This document shows, piece by piece, positions 1 through 9,125 of a DNA stretch of 64,000 nucleotides. The position numbers and the translations under genes were made by a program. The notes beneath the pieces are model-generated. The model saw nothing but the letters and a program-made list of their open reading frames with translations. It searched no databases and was not told the origin of the DNA. Each line of letters begins with the position of its first letter. Positions within the stretch are counted from its first letter, which is position 1. Origin of the DNA: SAR202 cluster bacterium (lineage in GTDB: Bacteria; Chloroflexota; Dehalococcoidia; Lucifugimonadales; UBA3495). The stretch lies in assembly GCA_016872385.1 (NCBI GenBank), contig VGZV01000001.1:22114-86113 (forward strand). The letters are read 5' to 3'.

Positions 1-1493
1 GTACACATATTGATGAGGAAGAGGCAGCCAGAATAGCTTCAGAGGTGGACGCCGTTATTGGCGCCACCGCGCATTGAGGAGGTTGCACGTCGTGGCTTGC
101 CCACGACATGGTTGCCCTGGAAAAGGCTGGCATTCCTGCAGTGGCCATCGCCGCCCAGAGCTTCGCCAGGGCCTGGCAGTCCTGCGTGGACGGATGGGGC
201 CAGCCCAGCACCGCTTTTGTTTGCATCCCGCACGCCACCACCGGCCAGCAGCCGGACTTCATACGCAAGATGGTGGATGAGCAGGTGGATGCCATCATCC
301 GGGGCCTCACTTCCTTACCTGCCTCTGCGGGCATCCCCAGAGGGGCCAGGGCCGGAAGCCGCGCCAGCGAGACCTACACCATCGAGATGGACGCAACACC
401 GGCAGGACTGGATGCGGTGAACCGCTTCCTGGCGGAACGGGACTGGAGCGATGGGATGCCGGTGATACCGCCCACCCCGGCAGCCGTGGAGGCGATGCTG
501 CGCGGCACCCGGCGCAACCCCCAGGACGTGGTCATGGTAATGGAGCCTGGCTTTGGCCTGGCTACCGTTGAGAAAATCGCCGTTAACGCCGTCATGGCGG
601 GCTGCCGGCCGGAGCAGTTCTCCATCCTGCTTGCCGCCATTGATTGCCTGGCGCAGCCTCAGATGAACCACCGGGACATGCAGGTCTCCGGCCATACGGA
701 AGCGCCCCTGATCCTGGTCAATGGTCCCATTGCCAAGAAGGCTGGCCTAAACTGGGGAAGCACGGCCATGGGTCCGGGTGTAGTCAACAGCGCCAACACG
801 GCCGTTGGCCGCGCGCTGCGCCTGTGTCTAATCAATATCGGCTATTGCAAGGCTGGGGCGGGAGACCCCAACTTCGTAGGCCTGCCAAGCAAGTTCGGAA
901 TGTGCCTCGCCGAGAACGAGGAACTGAGTCCCTGGCCTCCTTATCATGTTGACCGGGGATTCAAGCGCGAGGAAAGCGCCGTCACCGTGGTGTCGGTGAC
1001 CGGCCCCACAGATATCATAGACGCCGGTTCCAGGACTCCTGAAGACACCCTGAATAACATCGCCTCTATGATGTTCTACCGCAACGCAGGCGCCGGAGCC
1101 TGGGTCAGGGGTTGGCAGTCCGCCCAGGTTGGGCACACCAACAAGCGGGTCCCTTATCAGGGCCCCTACCATCCCATTGTCCTCAGCCCTTCCCGGGCCG
1201 TGATCTTGGCTGAAGCCGGCATGAGCAAGCAGGATGCCCAGGCCTGGCTGCACCGCAAGTGCAGCATCTCCCTGGAGTCGGTCCTGCGTGGCCGGGGTGT
1301 GCCCAAGGATGGCAGCGGCAAGTGGCTGGCTCACCCTGAGCTGCAACATCTGGAGAACGACCCGAACGCCACCGTTCCTGCCCTGGAGAGTCCAGAGCAG
1401 TACCTTCTCTTTGTCACCGGCGGGACGACCCACTATGCCCACTTCTTTTACGGGACCTACGGCTTGTCAACTGTAGGAGTTGAACCAGTCTGA
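1..1493 (+). CDS. Conserved hypothetical protein with N-terminal UGSC-like redox domain; 5' partial; in-frame TGA 75-77 read as candidate selenocysteine (alternative: separate gene starting ATG108)
   Basis: The frame is open from position 3 to 1493 except for TGA at 75-77. Sequence across the stop is ...EVDAVIGATAH-[TGA]-GGCTSWLAHDMVALEKAGIPAVAI. ATG108 lacks a properly spaced SD. The 461-aa downstream ORF is long and protein-like. Confidence 0.55.
86..110 (+). promoter_or_regulatory. SECIS-like hairpin downstream of TGA 75-77
   Basis: Perfect 7-bp stem 89-95 GTCGTGG / 101-107 CCACGAC with loop CTTGC, plus 2 further pairs (86-87/109-110). The apical loop lies about 20 nt 3' of the TGA. Confidence 0.35.
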
Positions 1494-1622
1494 CCTGCCT
1501 GCACCTGGGCGGGGATATGGCAACAACGAGGCCAGAACCGGGAATTTGCCTGGTGTAATAATCGGGGCCGGGCGCAAGGCCGGCAATATGGACATGCAGA
1601 TCCTTGCACTTGGTTACAAACT

Positions 1623-1788
1623 GCTCATGGTTCGACAAGCTCACCACGAGCGGGAATTGTCCACACGCTCTGAGAGCTTGTGTTAAAGGTGCCCGCTCAT
1701 GGTTCGACAAGCTCACCACGAGCGGGAAAAACCGCTCACACCTTCGGCTGGCTCAGGGCAGGCTCTGAGCTTGTCGAAGGGTGAGCAT
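1623..1788. repeat. Two tandem copies of C-type repeat (core GCTCATGGTTCGACAAGCTCACCACGAGCGGGAA; translates as SLSNHE / FDKL-type)
   Basis: The core occurs at 1623-1671 and 1691-1740, followed by a GAGCTTGTCGAAGGGTGAGC arm. The same core recurs at 7580, 12920, 21690, 25200, 38150 and 61990. Confidence 0.85.
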
Positions 1789-1964
1789 AGAAGTATATAC
1801 AACCTTTTAATACGGGCTCTTACAAAAGAAGCCCTTTGAAACTTCCTTAACATTGCGGTGATATTTTACCTTATGACGCTGGATTCCAAGCCTACGAATG
1901 GCCAACACGGAGTGCTGGCTATCACGCGCACGTTGGTGCGTTCAGGAGGTTTCCTTCTCTGTAG

Positions 1965-2306
1965 GTGGTAACTGGTATGAAAGAGATCTGGCTTGCTGCG
2001 CTGCGGGACCGGCATGCCAACATTGCAGAGTTCCGCCGCAATTCCGACCAGTTGGCGCGGTGGCTGGCGGCTGAAACCCTCGCTACGCTGCCAGTGGCAC
2101 GCAGGCAGATTGAAACTCCCCTGGGTCAAGCCACCGGCCCCACACCGCCCGAGGATGTCATGGTAGTGGTGATCTTGCGGGCAGCCTTGGCCCTTCTGGG
2201 GCCGTTCATGGAGGCTCTGCCGGGCGTGTCCGTGGGGTTTATAGGCATTGAGCGGGATGAAGGGAATGCACGCCCGCACCTCAGTGCCATTCCTAGGGCC
2301 GGTTAA
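1965..2306 (+). pseudogene. upp: Uracil phosphoribosyltransferase fragment (roughly residues 15-115 of a ~208-aa Upp)
   Basis: LRDRHANIAEFRRNSDQLARWLAAE...IETPLG...VVVILRAALALLGPFMEALPGVSVGFIGIERDE matches the Upp N-terminal half. It stops at 113 aa where it collides with the convergent globin gene, and no C-terminal half follows. Confidence 0.6.
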
Positions 2307-2702
2307 TCAGAAAAGTGGCCGTATGCTCGAAGTAGGCAATTAGCATTGCTGAATCCTCATCCGGGAGATGCATAGACCCAACAGCGGTAGTCATATGTTG
2401 TACCCAGGTGTCGCGCTCGGTCTGGCCAATGGCGAATTTCATGTGCCGCATCCTCAGCCGGGGATGACCCCGTTCGGCGGAGTAATGCGGCGGGCCACCC
2501 CAGTATTGGGATAAGAAGGCAGCCAGATGTTTTTTGCCTGGCTCCAGGTCGGGCGGGTATAGTGGCCGCAGCACGGGATCATTTTCCACCAGGTCATAGA
2601 AACGATTGACCAATGTGATGAAAATGTCTCCCCTCCTGCTCTGTCATAAAGGCTGGCATCTGCCACTGGACTTACTGGAATAGACTTGTCCTCTGGTTGC
2701 AT
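2293..2702 (-). CDS. glbO: Group II truncated haemoglobin (GlbO-like), interrupted by a 1-nt frameshift
   Basis: The C-terminal frame reads VNRFYDLVENDPVLRPLYP...FLSQYWGGPPHYSAERGHPRLRMRHMKFAI (trHbO signature). The N-terminal MQPEDKSIPVSPVADASLYDRAGG is in another frame, starting at ATG 2702. The frames join at the C4 run 2630-2633. Confidence 0.85.
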
Positions 2703-2875
2703 TGAAAAATTGGCCTCCGGAATATCCAGGCCACAAATTCTAAACTCCTTAAAAGTATATCCCCTGATCTCCAATGCGGCACACTGGGTAGTGGGTCAGT
2801 TTGCCGTGGCAAAAAGTCAGGGTTCCAATGGTCACAGCGGCGGAAGCCGGTGTCTAGAGACAGTATGGCTGGGGC

Positions 2876-2921
2876 GTACTGCTGGATTCCGGCTTGCGCC
2901 AGAATGACGAAAAGCTAATTG
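2876..2921. repeat. A-type repeat, right half only
   Basis: CTGGATTCCGGCTTGCGCCAGAATGACGAAAAGCTAATT matches the right arm of the full A elements at 12738 and 43169. Confidence 0.7.
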
Positions 2922-3061
2922 GCCCGTTACCGCACACTGGGTAGGTTGGACAGCGGCGGTTGGTCTCGGTATAATTTGCCATCCCCTTCAATATTCAGTC
3001 ACGAAACCGCCGGGCATTCCATAATCGCCATGCACGTAACTCGTACTTAAGGGGGCAAGAT

Positions 3062-3613
3062 ATGCCAGCCAAAGTTCTCGGCCTCGGTCATGTAGGGTTT
3101 TACGTAAAAGACCTGGAACTGATGAAGGACTTCTACGCGAATTTCATGGGCATGACTCTGACCAAGGTGGGTCCGCTGGGAGCCTTTTTCAGCGCCGATC
3201 CAGAGGCGTGCGACCACGAGATTGCCCTGATTAACGGGCGGCCCTCTCTTGACGACCCCCACTGGATTCAGCAGATCTCCATGCGGGTCGCGTCACTGAA
3301 TGATCTTCGCGACTTCAAGCGGCGCATTATTCAAAAGGGATACCAGCTGGACCGCATTGTATCCCATGCCAGCGCCATCGGCTGTTACTTCAGAGACCCG
3401 GAAGGCAACCCGACTGAAGTGTTCTGGCTAACCGGTATTACGTCTTGGGCCCAAATTGGGGTGCCTATTGACATAGACCAGCCGGATGAAAAGGTCATGG
3501 CGGACGTGCGCAGGTCTTATGAGGTTGTCAGGAACGTGGCAATGGGTCAAGTGCCCAGTCCGGAAACGCTAAAGGCCATTCGAGAGGCAACGGCAGTTGC
3601 CGCAGGCCGTTAA
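3062..3613 (+). CDS. VOC family protein (glyoxalase / extradiol dioxygenase fold)
   Basis: LGLGHVGFYVKDLELMKDFYANFMGMTL...DHEIALI is a VOC motif pattern. An SD-like GGGGG precedes the ATG. Confidence 0.8.
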   Translation: MPAKVLGLGHVGFYVKDLELMKDFYANFMGMTLTKVGPLGAFFSADPEACDHEIALINGRPSLDDPHWIQQISMRVASLNDLRDFKRRIIQKGYQLDRIVSHASAIGCYFRDPEGNPTEVFWLTGITSWAQIGVPIDIDQPDEKVMADVRRSYEVVRNVAMGQVPSPETLKAIREATAVAAGR

Positions 3614-3639
3614 GATTAGGCGATGTAGGTGAAATAGTT

Positions 3640-5019
3640 ATGGTGTCGCTCAGCCGGCAACTGTCTCAGTGGGTAGCGGCTCTGGAATATGAAGATCTCC
3701 CGCCTGCGGTGATTGACCGCGCCAAAGGCGTTACTTTGCACGGCCTTGGATCAGTGCTCCTTGGCTCCCAACTTTCCAAGGGCAGGCAAGCTGCCCAGCT
3801 TGTTGCGTCAGAGGAATCCGGAGTAGCCGCAGGCGCTACCATCATGGTGGATGGCGCCAGGGTGACCAAAGGCGGGGCTGCCTTCGCCAACTCGGAAATG
3901 ATTATGGCGGGCGGCAAGCTGGATTCCTTCCGAATGCTCACGCACCCGGGCACCAGCATTCTTCCTGGGGCCTTTGTGGCTGCTGAAACCGCTGGCGCTT
4001 CCGGCCGGGACTTCCTGACCGGCCTTGCGGCCGGCTATGAGGTAATGGAGCGCCTGGCAGCCGATGTCATTCCCACCGTGATGTCGCGGGGTTTTCACCC
4101 CAGCCCGGTGTTTGGCATCTTTGGTGCTGCTGCTGCCGCCGCCAAGATCCTGAACTTCACCGAGGACCAGATAAATAGCACCATTGCTCTCTGCGCGCAA
4201 CTGGCGGCCGGCAACGTGGAAGGGCCACGCAGCGGAGGCACGGCCCTGCGGGAGGGAGCCGCGGCCCGCAATGCCATGCTGGCTGTGGCCCTGGCCCAGC
4301 AGGGACATGTGGGCGGCGAAACAGTCCTGGAAGGCGATGCGGGCTTCTATCACGCTTATGCCGGCAACAACCGGGGCCAGTTAGCCTACAGCTTCGTGGG
4401 CGCCACGCAGGCCAACCTGGGTAACATTACTAAAGGGATAGGACAGGACTGGCTGTTCCTGGAAACCTTATACCGGATTTATTCAACGGCCGGTTACAAC
4501 ATTGCCCACGTGGACGTCACCGCACAGCTTTGTAGCGAGCGCAACATTCGCTACGAGGACGTTGAACGTGTGGAGGCTGTGGTGAACTGGCTGGAAACCC
4601 AGTATCCCAGCCCAGCCTTCCCCAGCCGGCGGGAAGACGGGCCGGCGCGGGCGAGGAGCACCCCATACTACACGGCCTACGGCGTCGTTCAGCGGGGCTT
4701 TCCGGTGCTGCCAAGCCACGAAGACCCCCCTGAAGTACTGGAGTTGATGCACCGGGTGAAACTCATCCCATCCCACGATATGACCCTCTTTGGGCCGCGC
4801 ATCACAATTTACACCCGAGATGGCAAGAGCTACACCAAGCAGTCCACCGGGCAGGAGTTTATGTGGGACTTCGATGAGGAAGCGCGGCGCGTCAGCGATG
4901 TTATTCCGGGGGTGCCCGTACCCGCGGCCCAGTTTGAAGAAATTATCGAGACTTGCCGCCACCTGGACACCCAGGGCCGGGCCGACCGGCTGGTTCAGTT
5001 GACCTTGAGGCAAGGCTAG
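3640..5019 (+). CDS. MmgE/PrpD family protein (2-methylcitrate dehydratase-like)
   Basis: 459 aa. The N-terminus LSQWVAALEYEDLPPAVIDRAKGVTLHGLGSVLLGS is typical of MmgE/PrpD. Confidence 0.85.
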   Translation: MVSLSRQLSQWVAALEYEDLPPAVIDRAKGVTLHGLGSVLLGSQLSKGRQAAQLVASEESGVAAGATIMVDGARVTKGGAAFANSEMIMAGGKLDSFRMLTHPGTSILPGAFVAAETAGASGRDFLTGLAAGYEVMERLAADVIPTVMSRGFHPSPVFGIFGAAAAAAKILNFTEDQINSTIALCAQLAAGNVEGPRSGGTALREGAAARNAMLAVALAQQGHVGGETVLEGDAGFYHAYAGNNRGQLAYSFVGATQANLGNITKGIGQDWLFLETLYRIYSTAGYNIAHVDVTAQLCSERNIRYEDVERVEAVVNWLETQYPSPAFPSRREDGPARARSTPYYTAYGVVQRGFPVLPSHEDPPEVLELMHRVKLIPSHDMTLFGPRITIYTRDGKSYTKQSTGQEFMWDFDEEARRVSDVIPGVPVPAAQFEEIIETCRHLDTQGRADRLVQLTLRQG

Positions 5020-5036
5020 AATGCAGCTGGGATGAG

Positions 5037-5168
5037 GGTAAGTAGTGCATCAATTATCTGTTCGGCATTCCGGCGGAAGCTGGAATCCAGGAGAAAATCT
5101 GACCCATGTAGATATCTAGACACCGGCTTTCTCCGGTGTGACGGGTTAAGGCTTGGGGTAAGCTGACA
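5037..5168. mobile_element. A-type MITE-like element (inverted orientation)
   Basis: CATTCCGGCGGAAGCTGGAATCCAG ... CTAGACACCGGCTTTCTCCGGTGTGAC, with flanks resembling the family TIR GTAGTG-ATCA. Confidence 0.7.
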
Positions 5169-5246
5169 CTCTACCTGTGGGCAAGGAATCTTAACGCAGA
5201 GTCTTGTAGACCGGCGCCGCTGATGCGGGGCCAAGGCCATAAAACA

Positions 5247-5966
5247 CTACCGGCAAGCTTCCAGCAGTTCGGGAGACCCCAGGGGAACAGCAACGCTATC
5301 CTCAAAGTAGTAAATGTTTTCCATTTTGAAGCCCCAGGAATCACCGCACCGGCAGATGTGCGGTTCAAAAGTAAACAAGCCGCAACTGCCCAGAGTGGTG
5401 TGATTATCTGCTTCGATGTATCGCCTGTCGTCCAAATGCTTCCCTATGCTATGGCCCAGGTTGCCGCGGAAATCAAGATTCTTGTATCCCCGGTCTTTAA
5501 TGGCCTGATTCATGGCCATGAACAGCTGATGCATGGTCGTGTGGGGCGCCGCAGTCTCCATCATCAGCTGGTGAAGCTGCCTTAGCGCCTCAATGCCGTG
5601 GTACAGGCCGGATGTGGCCCCAGGTTGGGCCACAACGCCGGATTCAACTATGTACGAGCGGGCGCAGTCACCCCAATAGCCATCAACCATTGGACTGAGA
5701 TCAATGGTGACCAGGTCCTGCTTACCTATCGCCAATGCCGAGGGTTGGTAAACCTTTCCCGATGCCGAAAGCGTGGTGCGTTCCCCTACCAGCACCAGTG
5801 CTCCAACGTTGTGATACCAGGACTCGCCTGCCCCGTATTGCTTCAAAAGGCGTATGCAGATGGCCGCAACCTCGCGCTCGGTGATGCCCTCTCGAATAAA
5901 GGGCGCAACGTCGCGCAATACCCTTAGCGCGATATTCTGCACATGGAAATGCGAAGATAAATCCAT
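5247..5966 (-). CDS. M24 family metallopeptidase (Xaa-Pro aminopeptidase / creatinase-like)
   Basis: 239 aa. DLVTIDLSPMVDGYWGDCARSY...GNLGHSIG...FTFEPH follows the pita-bread fold metal-ligand pattern. Confidence 0.75.
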   Translation of the reverse strand: MDLSSHFHVQNIALRVLRDVAPFIREGITEREVAAICIRLLKQYGAGESWYHNVGALVLVGERTTLSASGKVYQPSALAIGKQDLVTIDLSPMVDGYWGDCARSYIVESGVVAQPGATSGLYHGIEALRQLHQLMMETAAPHTTMHQLFMAMNQAIKDRGYKNLDFRGNLGHSIGKHLDDRRYIEADNHTTLGSCGLFTFEPHICRCGDSWGFKMENIYYFEDSVAVPLGSPELLEACR

Positions 5967-6210
5967 AAACTAACCGTTAAGTCAGAGCCTCAGTTGTGCG
6001 GCCAAGCGTCTTGTTGGGCCGCTGCCCAAGTATACCGTAATGGCGGAAGTTGGCACGGCAGCTTTGCTATCCCCTGGGGTTTAAGGGGTAGCAGGTGGCT
6101 CGTAATAATTGCCATTGCTCCTCTAAATACCCGGCGGTTTAATTCCTGCGGCGGGGATCTGGCATTGACCTTCCCCACCCGAATCTGCCAAAATACGCCA
6201 AATCCACCAA

Positions 6211-7248
6211 ATGGCGGGACATGGCAGCTGGCGAAATCGAGTATATGGGGGTAAGCAAGTGGCTGAAAATCTGAACATTCTGGTTGGAACAGTCGGCCAA
6301 GGCATAATTCGCAGCCGTGACGATGGGAAAACTTGGCAGCGCGTCGGCATCGGCGCTGGCCTCCATTCCGATGCCCTGGTGCGGTGTATCACCAACCATC
6401 CCAGCCAGCCCCAGGTAGTATTTATCGGCACTGAAAGAGGTCTATACCAGAGCAGGGACGCCGGGCAATCTTGGCGATTTCTTGATTCGCCAATGAACGG
6501 CACTTGTGTGTGGTCGCTGGCCATTGATCCCACGGACACCCACATAATGTATGCTGGGACTGGGACTCCCAACCCGGCCACCATCTTTCGGTCAACTGAT
6601 TCGGGCAAAACCTGGGACCGGAGACCAGTGGTGGTTGCCGCCGAGTGTCCTGCGGTGGGCGTGCCCCGGGTTACCGGCATTGCTATTGATCCTGAAAATC
6701 CCCAGGACATCTGGGCGGGATTTGAGGTGGACGGAGTACGTCACAGCATGGATGGAGGCGAGACCTGGGAACGGCTGGATAGCGAAGCTATTCCCAACCC
6801 CGACGTTCACAACGTGGCCATAGCCCCCGGCCCTCCCAAGACGGTGGTCGTGCTGGTAAATGACGACGTTTTTATGAGCGCCGATGGCGGCGCAAAGTGG
6901 AGGTCGGTGGGAGTACGCCAGAACTTCCCTCTGGGGTATCCCAGGGGTGTTTTGGTTCAGCCGGGTAATCCTAAAACAATCTTTGTCACCCTGGGCGATA
7001 CTACGCCAGGTTCCACTGGGACTATCATGCGTTCCAGGGATACGGGGCGCACCTGGCAGAATCTGACGCTTCCAGTCCAACCCAACACTGCCATGTGGGT
7101 GATACATTCCCAGCCCTTCGCCCCAAACACCTTGCTGGCCGGCAGCCGCTATGGGTATCTGTACCGCAGTGATGATGGCGGGGATAGCTGGGTGAAATTG
7201 TGGCGGGAAGTAAGTGAAGTCTCTTCCATATTGTGGATTCCCAATTAG
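6211..7248 (+). CDS. BNR/Asp-box repeat (sialidase / Ycf48-like beta-propeller) protein
   Basis: Repeated S-x-D-x-G-x-T-W motifs (SRDDGKTW, SRDAGQSW, STDSGKTW, SMDGGETW, SADGGAKW, SRDTGRTW, SDDGGDSW). The start may instead be GTG 6259. Confidence 0.85.
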   Translation: MAGHGSWRNRVYGGKQVAENLNILVGTVGQGIIRSRDDGKTWQRVGIGAGLHSDALVRCITNHPSQPQVVFIGTERGLYQSRDAGQSWRFLDSPMNGTCVWSLAIDPTDTHIMYAGTGTPNPATIFRSTDSGKTWDRRPVVVAAECPAVGVPRVTGIAIDPENPQDIWAGFEVDGVRHSMDGGETWERLDSEAIPNPDVHNVAIAPGPPKTVVVLVNDDVFMSADGGAKWRSVGVRQNFPLGYPRGVLVQPGNPKTIFVTLGDTTPGSTGTIMRSRDTGRTWQNLTLPVQPNTAMWVIHSQPFAPNTLLAGSRYGYLYRSDDGGDSWVKLWREVSEVSSILWIPN

Positions 7249-7368
7249 GCTGACCATGCCTCTGGAACGTCAGCAATAACGAGACACTTTGAGAGAGGAT
7301 GATACACTGGAGGTGTCGGATGAAGTCTGGCACTTTTGAGAAGTGATCTGCTTCTTCACCTAAGATTG

Positions 7369-7640
7369 CCTAACAAAATGAAGGATGTCATTCTGAGGAG
7401 TCCCGATGACATCGGGACGACGAAGAATCTGGGGTGGTGGGCGTTTGCCCCACCCCAGACCCTTCGTCCTTCAGCCGAAGGACTCAGGGTGACAGCTTCG
7501 GCATTTTGTTAGAGCGTGTGTGAGAAATGCCGTCTACCCAGCCCGCTCATCCTGAGCTTGTCGAAGGATGAGTAGCTTTTAGCCCGCTCATGGTTCGACA
7601 AGCTCACCACCAGCTGGAATTGTCACACACCCTCTTAGGG
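7369..7640. mobile_element. B-type MITE (TIR CCTAACAAAATG / CATTTTGTTAGG) carrying a nested C-type MITE
   Basis: Near-identical to the uninterrupted 145-bp copy at 34338-34482. This copy is split after CATTTTGTTA by the element at 7512-7634. Confidence 0.85.
7512..7634. mobile_element. C-type MITE (TIR GAGCGTGTGTGAG / CTCACACACCCTC) inserted into the B element, TSD TTA
   Basis: 13-bp terminal inverted repeats. TTA occurs at 7509-7511 and 7635-7637, versus a single TTA in the empty site at 34478-34480. Confidence 0.85.
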
Positions 7641-7886
7641 GTTCTAAGAAGACTGCCATCCGGAAGCCACTACCAGGAGAAATCCACACCCTCCTGGATT
7701 CGCAGAGCCTCTTGCTGGTTCAATGTCCTCCAGTAGCGCATGGTCATTGCCTGGCTGGCATGGTCAACTGGTTCTGCACTGTAGAAAGTCAGCGCTGTTC
7801 GGATATGCTCCCAGTCAATGAAGGGTGATGGTCAATGACCTCCGACATTAATTCTTTAGTGACTGTGATTATCCTCATACCTGCGG

Positions 7887-9095
7887 TCAGATGACTCCAG
7901 CACCCCGCAGCCGGCCCAAGTCTTCCAGGGGAATGCCCAGCTCACCACAATACACTTCCTCATTATGCTCGCCAAGCCGGGGTGCGGCACGCAAGGCGCT
8001 CATGGCGTTGGCCCCGTCTATCAAAAACCCTGGGCCCGAATATTTTAGCGGGCCAACTTCCGCGTGCTGCAACTCCACAAAGTAGCCACGCTCCGCCAGG
8101 TGGGGAGAGTTAACCACCTGGTCCGGGCTTTGCACCAAGCCAATCACCAGTCCGCGGGCCATGGTCTCGCGCATCAGGTCCAGGTTGTTCCATTGGGCCA
8201 GCTTGGGAGCTATCAGGTCGCGCAGTTCTTCCCAATTTTCTAAACGCAATTGCCTGGAAGCAAATTTGGGGTCAAGGAGCCGTGGTTCTTGCAGGAATTC
8301 CGCCCAGACCTCCATGGGCCTGCCCCCAGTGCCAGCGGTGGTCAAAGTCACTTCCCCATCCCGGGTTGGCAGGTGCATGCCATCCATGACATTGCGGTCG
8401 CCACCCCCGCGGCGCGGACTGCGTCCAGTGAAACTGTAAGGATGTATCAGCCCGGAAGGGGTGCTTATCGCAGCCTCCATAACCGAGACGTCCAGATGTT
8501 TGCCTTCGCCAGTAGTTTCTCTATGGAGGAGCGCCGCCATCACCGCAATGGCCCCGTTGCGGGCCGCCGTTATCTCCATTTGCTGGAGGACCGTTCCCAT
8601 GGGCGGGCGGTCCGCCGAGCCAGTGACCGCGTAGAGGTACCCGCCCAGAGCCTGGGCTATCAGATCATCCCCCAAGTAGTTCGAGTAGGGGCCGTCTTCG
8701 CCGAAGTAGGTAATGGACACCAGCACCAATCGTGGGTTGACTTGTTTAAGAGCTTCGTACCCTATGGCCAGCCGTTCCATTACGCCTGGCGGAAAACTCT
8801 CAATCACCACGTCTGCTTCCTTGACCAGCCTCACTAACAACTGGCGACCCGCGGCCTGGGCCAGATCCAGGGTAACGCCCCGTTTGTTGGTGTTGAACGC
8901 CAGAAAGGCGGTGCTGCGATCTGGATGAGGCTCTCCTCCAATGAAAGGAGGCTCCCGGCGCGCCAGGTCTCCCTGACCGGGCGGTTCAATCTTTATGCAA
9001 TCGGCGCCCTGGTCCGCCAGCAATTTGGCGCAGAAAGCCCCCGATGGCGCAGCGGCCAACTCCACCACTAGTAAATTGGACAATATGCCTGACAC
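7887..9095 (-). CDS. Family III CoA-transferase (CaiB/BaiF)
   Basis: 402 aa. The N-terminus LLVVELAAAPSGAFCAKLLADQGADCIKIEPP is the CaiB/BaiF signature. GTG start with a GAGGAGGA SD. Confidence 0.9.
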   Translation of the reverse strand: MSGILSNLLVVELAAAPSGAFCAKLLADQGADCIKIEPPGQGDLARREPPFIGGEPHPDRSTAFLAFNTNKRGVTLDLAQAAGRQLLVRLVKEADVVIESFPPGVMERLAIGYEALKQVNPRLVLVSITYFGEDGPYSNYLGDDLIAQALGGYLYAVTGSADRPPMGTVLQQMEITAARNGAIAVMAALLHRETTGEGKHLDVSVMEAAISTPSGLIHPYSFTGRSPRRGGGDRNVMDGMHLPTRDGEVTLTTAGTGGRPMEVWAEFLQEPRLLDPKFASRQLRLENWEELRDLIAPKLAQWNNLDLMRETMARGLVIGLVQSPDQVVNSPHLAERGYFVELQHAEVGPLKYSGPGFLIDGANAMSALRAAPRLGEHNEEVYCGELGIPLEDLGRLRGAGVI

Positions 9096-9125
9096 GGAAT
9101 CCTCCTCAGGTCTTTTCGACAGCCG

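Noticed and set aside
1623-1788. A CRISPR array as an interpretation of the recurring palindromic repeats.
   Set aside because: The copies are dispersed and belong to different families. They are not separated by uniform unique spacers, occur in both orientations and have TIR/TSD structure. No cas genes are in the window.
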